A stretch of 64,000 bases of DNA from Clostridia bacterium (GTDB lineage Bacteria > Bacillota > Clostridia > RGIG7378), in contig JAFYSJ010000003.1 of assembly GCA_017559445.1 (NCBI GenBank), positions 1,913 through 65,912 of the forward strand. Reading direction: 5' to 3'. Of this stretch, positions 56,951-64,000 are shown in pieces. The position numbers were made by a program, and so were the translations under genes. The notes under the pieces were generated by a model. The model did no database searches and was not told where the DNA came from. It worked only from the letters and a program-made list of their open reading frames with translations. Numbering within the stretch: the first letter of the stretch is position 1; every line of letters begins with the position of its first letter.

Positions 56951-58390
56951 ATGGTACCGTACGAAGGTAGAGAGCCATATATTTTCATTAGCTATGCCCA
57001 CAAGGATAGCGATGTAGTCATGCCTATTATTGAGGCCATGGCTGATTATGGTTTTCGTATTTGGTACGACGAAGGTATTGAAGCTGGTACTGAGTGGCCT
57101 GAGTACATAGCAGAGCATTTGGAGAATGCAGGAGCGGTTATTGCTTTCTTATCTGATGCATCCTTGGGATCTATTAATTGTCGTCAGGAAATAAATGAGG
57201 CAATCAATATGCAAAAGGATCTGTTGGCTATTCATCTTCATGAGGTGAAGTTGACTCCAGGTATGCGCATGAGACTTAGCTTGATTCAGGCTATGTTTAT
57301 GTATCGCCACAAGGATATGGATAGTTTCTATGGTGCCCTCTTTAGAGCACAGATTTTGGCTCCTTGCTTAGGTGAGAAAAAGGTTGTTGAACAGCCAGTG
57401 ACGCCTAAGACAGAGGCGGTCCCGGTGGTAGAGAGCATTGTGGAACAACAGGTTCAAGAACCGGAGAACACATTTGAGGAATATCCAATTTCTGATCCAG
57501 AGGATTTCAAAATTCACGATGGAGTCCTTGATGAATACACTGGAAGCAGTGTAATTGTCCTTGTGCCAGAAGGAGTAAGAGAAATTGGCTATAACGAGCA
57601 GAATTTTTGCTTAGTATTAATGGTGAATTCCAAGGCAAAGAACGCCTTTGGTAGAAATAAGGACATTACAGAAGTTATTGTACCAGAAGGTGTTGAGTAC
57701 ATAGGCCATATGGCGTTTTATGGTTGTGAAAACTTAGTTCGCGTCGTATTGCCAAAGACCTTGAAGAAAATAGATAAAAATGCATTCCAAAACTGCTACG
57801 AATTGAAGCAATTGGAGATTCCAGAGGATAGTAATCTTCAATTCATAGGTGAAAGTGCCTTTGAAAACTGCAGTAGTCTTGATAAACTAAGCTTGCCAAA
57901 GTCTTTAAATTACATAGGAAAGAATGCTTTTAGAGCTTGCAGAAGTCTTCAGTCTGTTAGATTTCCATTGGATGGAGCTTTGGAAAAAGTTGGTGAGGAT
58001 ACATTCTTTAATTGCTCGGCACTTGAAAAGGTGACACTTCCTAAATGTGTGATTGTTGTTGAAAAGAGGGCATTTTATGGTTGCAAAAGCCTATGGGATA
58101 TTAACATGCCACAATCCTTAAGGGAGATAAAGGAAGCGGCTTTTAAGAACTGTGAGAGACTTGAACTAGTAGATTGTGCGTGGTTGGGTGTGCTTAAAGT
58201 TATTGAAAAAGAAGCTTTTAGTGGATGTACAGCCTTGAAAACTTTAAGACTTTCCGATACAGTTGAAATGATAGAGGAAGAAGCATTTGTAGGTTGCATT
58301 TCTTTGGATCGTGTAGATATACCTAGGAAGACAAAGATGCCAATGTTTAAACAGGTGTTTCCAAAGCATACAACAGTAAAACGTGTTTAG
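56951..58390 (+). CDS. TIR domain fused to BspA-type leucine-rich repeats, no export signal
   Basis: IFISYAHKD, IWYDEGIEAGTEW, CRQEI (conserved Glu); acidic linker; about 9-10 LRR_5 repeats. Confidence 0.9.
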   Translation: MVPYEGREPYIFISYAHKDSDVVMPIIEAMADYGFRIWYDEGIEAGTEWPEYIAEHLENAGAVIAFLSDASLGSINCRQEINEAINMQKDLLAIHLHEVKLTPGMRMRLSLIQAMFMYRHKDMDSFYGALFRAQILAPCLGEKKVVEQPVTPKTEAVPVVESIVEQQVQEPENTFEEYPISDPEDFKIHDGVLDEYTGSSVIVLVPEGVREIGYNEQNFCLVLMVNSKAKNAFGRNKDITEVIVPEGVEYIGHMAFYGCENLVRVVLPKTLKKIDKNAFQNCYELKQLEIPEDSNLQFIGESAFENCSSLDKLSLPKSLNYIGKNAFRACRSLQSVRFPLDGALEKVGEDTFFNCSALEKVTLPKCVIVVEKRAFYGCKSLWDINMPQSLREIKEAAFKNCERLELVDCAWLGVLKVIEKEAFSGCTALKTLRLSDTVEMIEEEAFVGCISLDRVDIPRKTKMPMFKQVFPKHTTVKRV

Positions 58391-58411
58391 AAATTAAGGA
58401 GACTTTAGAAT

Positions 58412-58696
58412 ATGAAATTAGTTAGCGTAGGATTTGGAAACATGGTTTCCAGTGATAAGTTAGTTGCAATAGTTGGACATCAGTCAGCACCAGTTAAGCG
58501 TATGATTCAGGAGGCCAGAGATTCAGGCTATCTTATTGACGCCACATACGGCCGTAAGACTAGAGCAGTAATCATTATGGACAGTGGACATATTGTGCTT
58601 TCAGCTATTCAGCCAGAGACAGTAGCTGGTAGATTTGAGAACAACGGCGACATGCCAATTAACGACGAAGAAGTAGAGGAAAACCAGGACAATTGA
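58412..58696 (+). CDS. remA: RemA (DUF370) regulator
   Basis: [32 protein letters not shown]. Confidence 0.96.
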   Translation: MKLVSVGFGNMVSSDKLVAIVGHQSAPVKRMIQEARDSGYLIDATYGRKTRAVIIMDSGHIVLSAIQPETVAGRFENNGDMPINDEEVEENQDN

Positions 58697-58709
58697 GCCT
58701 GGTTTTTTT
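58680..58709 (+). terminator. Intrinsic terminator overlapping the remA 3' end
   Basis: AAAACCAGG-N9-CCTGGTTTT followed by more T. Confidence 0.7.
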
Positions 58710-58799
58710 GTGATTTGCTTGAAATGAAGGCCTTTTTGGTATATTATTAGTTAGTTAAATTAGCATTTATGGGTTCACGCCCAGAATCGGAGGAGAAAA

Positions 58800-59075
58800 A
58801 TGATTTTAAATCCATCCATTACAGGATTGCTTGAGAAGGTAGACAGCAGATATACACTTGTTGTTCTTGCTGCTAAGAGAGCAAGAGAGATCAACAATTC
58901 TAGACTTGGTCAGCCCGAGCCTGATGATGATGTTAAGGCAGTTACAATTGCTGTTAATGAGATCATCGAGGATAAGATCACTTACACAAGAGAGCCTAAG
59001 GCTTGCTGCTGTGAGTGCGTAGAGGAAGCTTCTGAGGAGCAGGTAGTAGAGGAGTCTGCAGTAACAGCAGAGTAA
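58800..59075 (+). CDS. rpoZ: RNA polymerase omega subunit
   Basis: [37 protein letters not shown]. Confidence 0.94.
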   Translation: MILNPSITGLLEKVDSRYTLVVLAAKRAREINNSRLGQPEPDDDVKAVTIAVNEIIEDKITYTREPKACCCECVEEASEEQVVEESAVTAE

Positions 59076-59106
59076 TTCCCACAGAATACATTTTTTGGAG
59101 TAGATT

Positions 59107-60495
59107 ATGGCAGTTGAGAAGACAATGGAGAAGATCGTTGCCCTGGCTAAGACTAGAGGTTTCGTATTCCCAGGATCAGACATCTATGGTGGTTTGGCCA
59201 ACGCATGGGATTTTGGCCCCTTAGGTGTAGAGCTTAAGAACAATGTTAAGAAGGCGTGGTGGCGCAAGTTTGTACAGGAGAGCAAGTACAATGTAGGCGT
59301 TGACTGCGCTATTTTAATGAATCCCCAGGTATGGGTTGCAACAGGACACGTTACATCTTTCAACGATCCTTTGATCGATTGCAAGGCCTGTAAGGCAAGA
59401 TACAGAGCAGATAAGCTCATCGAGGATTGGGCAGCAGAGACAGGCACTGAGGTAAATACAGAGGCCATGACAAATGATGACTTCACAGCATTTATCGCAG
59501 AGCACAACATTCCATGCCCTACATGCGGCAAGCATGATTTCACAGGTATCCGTAAGTTCAACCTGATGTTCAAGACATTCCAGGGTGTTACAGAGGATTC
59601 CGCTGCTGAGGTATATCTCAGACCAGAGACAGCACAGGGTATCTTTGTTAACTTCAACAACGTACAGCGTTCCACAAGACGTAAGGTTCCCTTTGGTATT
59701 GCTCAGGTAGGTAAGTCCTTCCGTAACGAGATTACTCCAGGTAACTTCATTTTCAGAACACGTGAGTTTGAGCAGATGGAGCTTGAGTTCTTCTGCAAGC
59801 CCGGCACAGACCTTGAGTGGTTCGAATACTGGAGACAGTACTGCATTAACTGGATCCAGACACTTGGTATTAAGCCAGAGAACATGCGTCTTCGTGACCA
59901 TTCTCCTGAGGAGTTGGCTTTCTATTCCAAGGCAACAACAGACATCGAGTACTTGTTCCCCTTCGGTTGGGGCGAGCTTTGGGGTATCGCAGATCGTACA
60001 GACTACGACCTCAAGCAGCACATCGACCACTCCCACAAGGATATGCAGTACTTTGATCCTACAACTAACGAGCACTACATTCCTTACGTAGTTGAGCCTT
60101 CTTTGGGTGCTGATCGCGTAACATTGGCATTCCTTTGCGAGGCATATGATGAGGAAGAGGTTGGCGAAGGCGATGTACGTACAGTTCTTCGTTTCCACCC
60201 CGCATTGGCTCCTATTAAGGTTGCAGTTCTTCCTCTTTCTAAGAAGTTGGGAGATAAGGCATACGAGCTTTATGAGGACCTTTGCAAGGAATACATGTGC
60301 GAGTATGACGAGACAGGTTCCATTGGTAAGCGTTACAGAAGACAGGATGAGATCGGTACTCCTTACTGCGTAACATTTGACTTTGATTCCTTGGAGGATA
60401 ATTGCGTTACTATTAGAGAGCGTGATTCCATGGAGCAGGTTAGATTGCCAATTGCTGAGCTTAAGTCTTGGTTGAGTGACAAATTCGTTTTTTAA
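59107..60495 (+). CDS. glyQS: Glycyl-tRNA synthetase, alpha2 type
   Basis: [48 protein letters not shown]. Confidence 0.97.
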   Translation: MAVEKTMEKIVALAKTRGFVFPGSDIYGGLANAWDFGPLGVELKNNVKKAWWRKFVQESKYNVGVDCAILMNPQVWVATGHVTSFNDPLIDCKACKARYRADKLIEDWAAETGTEVNTEAMTNDDFTAFIAEHNIPCPTCGKHDFTGIRKFNLMFKTFQGVTEDSAAEVYLRPETAQGIFVNFNNVQRSTRRKVPFGIAQVGKSFRNEITPGNFIFRTREFEQMELEFFCKPGTDLEWFEYWRQYCINWIQTLGIKPENMRLRDHSPEELAFYSKATTDIEYLFPFGWGELWGIADRTDYDLKQHIDHSHKDMQYFDPTTNEHYIPYVVEPSLGADRVTLAFLCEAYDEEEVGEGDVRTVLRFHPALAPIKVAVLPLSKKLGDKAYELYEDLCKEYMCEYDETGSIGKRYRRQDEIGTPYCVTFDFDSLEDNCVTIRERDSMEQVRLPIAELKSWLSDKFVF

Positions 60496-60524
60496 ACTAG
60501 AAATATAATTTGGAGGTAAGAAAA

Positions 60525-63152
60525 ATGGCAAAGAAGTATTGTTACCTTTTCAAAGAGGGCGACGCAAGCATGAGAGAATTGCTTGGTGGTAAGGGTGCTA
60601 ACTTGGCAGAAATGACCAAGATTGGTCTTCCAGTTCCTCAGGGTTTCACAATCTCCACAGAGGCATGTACTCAGTACTACGAGGATGGCAAGCAGATTAA
60701 TCCTGACATCCAGGCTGAGATTGCAGAGTACATCGTAAAGATGGAGGAGATTACAGGTAAGAAGTTTGGTGATCTTGAGAATCCTCTCTTGGTTTCCGTT
60801 CGTTCTGGTGCTCGTGCATCCATGCCTGGTATGATGGACACAATCCTTAACCTTGGTCTTAACGAGCAGGTAGTTGAGGTTATGGCAAAGAAGTCTGGCA
60901 ATCCTCGTTGGGCATATGACTGCTACAGAAGATTTATCCAGATGTACTCCGACGTTGTTATGGAAGTTGGTAAGAAGTACTTCGAGGAGCTTATCGACGA
61001 GATGAAGAAGGCTAAGGGCGTTACACTTGACGTTGACCTTACAGCTGATGATCTCAAGGAGCTCGCTAACCAGTTCAAGGCTGAGTACAAGGCTAAGATT
61101 GGTAAGGACTTCCCCTCCGATCCTAAGGAGCAGTTGATGGGTGCTGTTAAGGCTGTTTTCCGCAGCTGGGACAACCCACGTGCAAACGTTTACCGTCGTG
61201 ACAACGATATCCCATATTCTTGGGGTACAGCTGTTAACGTTCAGGCTATGGCATTCGGTAACATGGGTGATGACTGTGGTACTGGTGTAGCATTCACAAG
61301 AGACCCTGCAACAGGTGAGAAGAAGCTCATGGGTGAGTTCCTTACAAACGCTCAGGGTGAGGACGTTGTAGCTGGTGTACGTACTCCAATGCCAATCGCA
61401 CAGATGGCAGACAAGTTCCCCAAGGCATTCGAGCAGTTCCAGAACGTTTGCCAGATTTTGGAGAACCACTACCACGACATGCAGGATATGGAGTTCACAA
61501 TTGAGAACGAGAAGCTCTATATGCTTCAGACACGTAATGGTAAGAGAACAGCTCAGGCAGCTTTGCAGATTGCAGTTGACCTTGTAGCAGAGGGCCACAA
61601 GACTAAGGAAGAGGCAGTTCTTATGATCGATCCTCGTAACTTGGACACATTGCTTCACCCTCAGTTCGATACTAAGGCACTTAAGGCAGCAGAACCTATG
61701 GGTAAGGGCTTGGGAGCATCCCCAGGTGCTGCATGCGGACAGGTTGTTTTCTCTGCAGAGGATGCTGAGACATGGAACAACGCTGGTAAGAAGGTAATCC
61801 TTGTTCGTTTGGAGACATCTCCAGAGGACATCACAGGTATGAAGGCTGCTCAGGGTATCTTGACAGTTCGTGGTGGTATGACATCCCACGCTGCTGTAGT
61901 TGCTCGTGGTATGGGTAAGTGCTGCGTATCTGGTTGTGAGAAGATTATCATGGACGAGGAGAACAAGAAGTTCAGCCTCGCAGGTAAGACATTTGTAGAG
62001 GGAGATTACATCTCCATCGATGGTTCTACAGGTAACATTTACGATGGTATTATCCCAACAGTAGATGCTGAGATTTCTGGTAACTTTGGTATTATCATGG
62101 GCTGGGCAGACGAGTTCCGCACACTCAAGGTAAGAACAAATGCAGATACACCTTCAGATGCTAAGAAGGCTCGTGAGCTCGGCGCTGAGGGTATCGGTCT
62201 TTGCCGTACAGAGCACATGTTCTTTGAGGCAGAGAGAATTGCAGCATTCCGTGAGATGATCTGCTCTGACACAGCTGAGGAGAGAGAGACAGCTCTTGCT
62301 AAGATCCTTCCATATCAGCAGTCTGACTTCGAGGCTCTTTACGAGGCACTTGAGGGTGAGCCAGTTTGCATCCGTTTCCTTGATCCACCACTCCATGAGT
62401 TCGTTCCTACAGAGGAAGCAGATATCGAGGCACTTGCAAATGCACAGGGCAAGTCTGTTGAGGACATCAAGGCTATTATTACAAGCCTTCACGAGTTCAA
62501 CCCAATGATGGGTCACAGAGGTTGCCGTCTTGCAGTTACATATCCTGAAATTGCTAAGATGCAGACATCTGCAGTTATCCGCGCAGCTATCAATGTACAG
62601 AAGAAGCATTCTGACTGGACAGTTCGCCCAGAGATCATGATTCCATTGGTAGGCGACGTTAAGGAGCTCAAGTTCGTTAAGAAGGTTGTTGTAGAGACAG
62701 CTGAGGCTGAGATTAAGGCTGCAGGCGTTGAGTTGGCTTACGAAGTAGGTACAATGATCGAGATTCCAAGAGCATGTCTTACAGCTGATGAGATCGCAGC
62801 TAACGCAGACTTCTTCTGCTTCGGTACAAACGACCTTACTCAGATGACATACGGCTTCTCTCGTGACGACGCTGGTAAGTTCTTGAACGCTTACTATGAT
62901 GGTAAGATCTTTGAGAACGATCCATTCGCAAGACTTGACCAGACTGGTGTTGGTAAGCTTATGGAGATGGCAGTATCTCTTGGTAGACCAGCAAACAAGG
63001 CTCTTCACGTAGGTATCTGCGGTGAGCACGGTGGTGACCCAACATCTGTTGAGTTCTGTCACCAGATCGGCTTGGATTATGTATCCTGCTCTCCTTACAG
63101 AGTACCAATTGCTAGACTTGCAGCAGCTCAGGCAGCTATCAAGAGCAAGTAA
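60525..63152 (+). CDS. ppdK: Pyruvate, phosphate dikinase
   Basis: GGKGANLAEM, SVRSGARASMPGMMDT, GGMTSHAAVVARG, CGEHGG. Confidence 0.98.
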   Translation: MAKKYCYLFKEGDASMRELLGGKGANLAEMTKIGLPVPQGFTISTEACTQYYEDGKQINPDIQAEIAEYIVKMEEITGKKFGDLENPLLVSVRSGARASMPGMMDTILNLGLNEQVVEVMAKKSGNPRWAYDCYRRFIQMYSDVVMEVGKKYFEELIDEMKKAKGVTLDVDLTADDLKELANQFKAEYKAKIGKDFPSDPKEQLMGAVKAVFRSWDNPRANVYRRDNDIPYSWGTAVNVQAMAFGNMGDDCGTGVAFTRDPATGEKKLMGEFLTNAQGEDVVAGVRTPMPIAQMADKFPKAFEQFQNVCQILENHYHDMQDMEFTIENEKLYMLQTRNGKRTAQAALQIAVDLVAEGHKTKEEAVLMIDPRNLDTLLHPQFDTKALKAAEPMGKGLGASPGAACGQVVFSAEDAETWNNAGKKVILVRLETSPEDITGMKAAQGILTVRGGMTSHAAVVARGMGKCCVSGCEKIIMDEENKKFSLAGKTFVEGDYISIDGSTGNIYDGIIPTVDAEISGNFGIIMGWADEFRTLKVRTNADTPSDAKKARELGAEGIGLCRTEHMFFEAERIAAFREMICSDTAEERETALAKILPYQQSDFEALYEALEGEPVCIRFLDPPLHEFVPTEEADIEALANAQGKSVEDIKAIITSLHEFNPMMGHRGCRLAVTYPEIAKMQTSAVIRAAINVQKKHSDWTVRPEIMIPLVGDVKELKFVKKVVVETAEAEIKAAGVELAYEVGTMIEIPRACLTADEIAANADFFCFGTNDLTQMTYGFSRDDAGKFLNAYYDGKIFENDPFARLDQTGVGKLMEMAVSLGRPANKALHVGICGEHGGDPTSVEFCHQIGLDYVSCSPYRVPIARLAAAQAAIKSK

Positions 63153-63174
63153 TTGAAAGCTTAATAGATAGATC

Positions 63175-63206
63175 AATCCCCTTAGAGAAATCTAGGGGGA
63201 TTTTTG
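63175..63206 (+). terminator. Intrinsic terminator
   Basis: AATCCCCTTAGA-gaaa-TCTAGGGGGATT followed by TTT. Confidence 0.82.
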
Positions 63207-63256
63207 TATTGGAATCTTTATCTAAATCGATATAATGAAAACAGGAGGGCAGGGAA

Positions 63257-63751
63257 ATGAAAAAATATGTATTTGAATTTAAAGGAACAAAAGAAGAGTT
63301 CATAAAAAAACTTGATACATATCCGAAACATAATTACTATGATGGTAATAAACGCTATATCTTTGACGATTACATTGTAAATATTATTGGTAGCACCATA
63401 CAGTTTGGTATAGAGAGATGTGGTCATTCAGGTGGTAATTGGTTTATCCCATATATTACAGAGTTTGAAGATCGAATTGAGATATGCGGAACAATTGAAT
63501 ATATGCTCCCTGTTGATAATCGTAGCAAATTTAAGAAAACCACAGACAAAATTCAGGAAATATTTCTGTATATTGTTTTGGGACCTCTAGTTTTATTGGT
63601 ATTTGCTCTTGTAAAATTAATTTCATTTATAAAATGGATGATTAGAAAGATTTGTCACAAACCTGATGCACCTAAGCCCAAAACTACTGAAGAAAAATTG
63701 TTCAATCTGATGGAAAATTATTTTGGTTGCGTAAGAATGGAAAGTGACTAA
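63257..63751 (+). CDS. Hypothetical membrane protein
   Basis: 164-aa AT-rich ORF, SD upstream, one TM segment. Confidence 0.7.
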   Translation: MKKYVFEFKGTKEEFIKKLDTYPKHNYYDGNKRYIFDDYIVNIIGSTIQFGIERCGHSGGNWFIPYITEFEDRIEICGTIEYMLPVDNRSKFKKTTDKIQEIFLYIVLGPLVLLVFALVKLISFIKWMIRKICHKPDAPKPKTTEEKLFNLMENYFGCVRMESD

Positions 63752-63795
63752 TAAAATAATGGATTTTAAAGATATGATAAAAAGGAGATATAATT

Positions 63796-64000
63796 ATGGG
63801 ACTGTTTGATATTTTTAAGAAAAGGAAGATTGAATTAACAGAGGAACAGCTGAAGTGGAACAAACTGTGGAGCCTTTGGGAGGAAGATAAAGTGGAATCA
63901 CCGTATGCTGAGCTCATGAGATATCAAAGTGAAATAAATAATGGTGGGCACTCTCAATATTTTTTCAACGTTGAAAACACAGGAGATATTCGAAAAGATA
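63796..64000 (+). CDS. DUF4375/DMP19-like protein, 3'-truncated by the window
   Basis: SD AAGGAG; manual translation MGLFDIFKKRKIELTEEQLKWNKLWSLWEEDKVESPYAELMRYQSEINNGGHSQYFFNVE contains the NGGxxQYFxN motif. Confidence 0.6.
   Translation, partial: MGLFDIFKKRKIELTEEQLKWNKLWSLWEEDKVESPYAELMRYQSEINNGGHSQYFFNVENTGDIRKD

Noticed and set aside
17902-63176. Long antisense ORFs (17902-19164, 29909-30976, 32894-33982, 55920-56978, 59314-60531, 60492-61889, 62154-63176 and similar)
   Set aside because: They mirror strongly codon-biased genes in which TTA/CTA/TCA are rare in the relevant frame; no motifs or SD sites. Shadow ORFs.
1-64000. tRNA, rRNA, transposase or integrase genes
   Set aside because: None recognised in the ORF track or in the intergenic regions read by eye.

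Overview
Chromosomal segment of a spore-forming Clostridia-class Firmicute, almost all on the + strand. (1) 1-4.5 kb is a polymorphic toxin locus: the 3' part of a WapA-like RHS/YD protein with a hydrophobic C-terminal tip, a small membrane immunity candidate, a start-less orphan TNT (NAD+ glycohydrolase) toxin tip missed by the ORF track, a second immunity candidate, a hairpin cluster, a 71-bp copy of the RHS core and a 16-bp junction repeat. (2) A livKHMG operon without livF, then lipid/glycolipid genes and pncC. (3) Core genes: trpS-scpAB-mutS2-typA-mltG-U32 peptidase, sigK/ytvI sporulation genes, a two-component system with htrA, pdaA, an orphan solute-binding lipoprotein, glgCD, a minimal Tad locus, SRP RNA-dnaX-ebfC-recR-lysA-folD-helicase, a SASP, a 6xSH3b-NlpC/P60 hydrolase, a BspA LRR protein, comEC-holA-recJ-rsmE-yloC, remA-rpoZ-glyQS-ppdK. 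The most unusual items are: two intergenic arrays in which an 8-9 nt GGYY(Y)ACTA linker alternates with a shuffled set of GNA-triloop mini-hairpins; a cytoplasmic TIR-LRR gene inserted between yloC and remA; the orphan TNT cassette; and a candidate anti-Shine-Dalgarno sRNA (or ATG-TAA minimal ORF) upstream of the SRP RNA gene. No CRISPR array, tRNA, rRNA or transposase was seen. All family calls come from motif recognition by eye, with no database searches.
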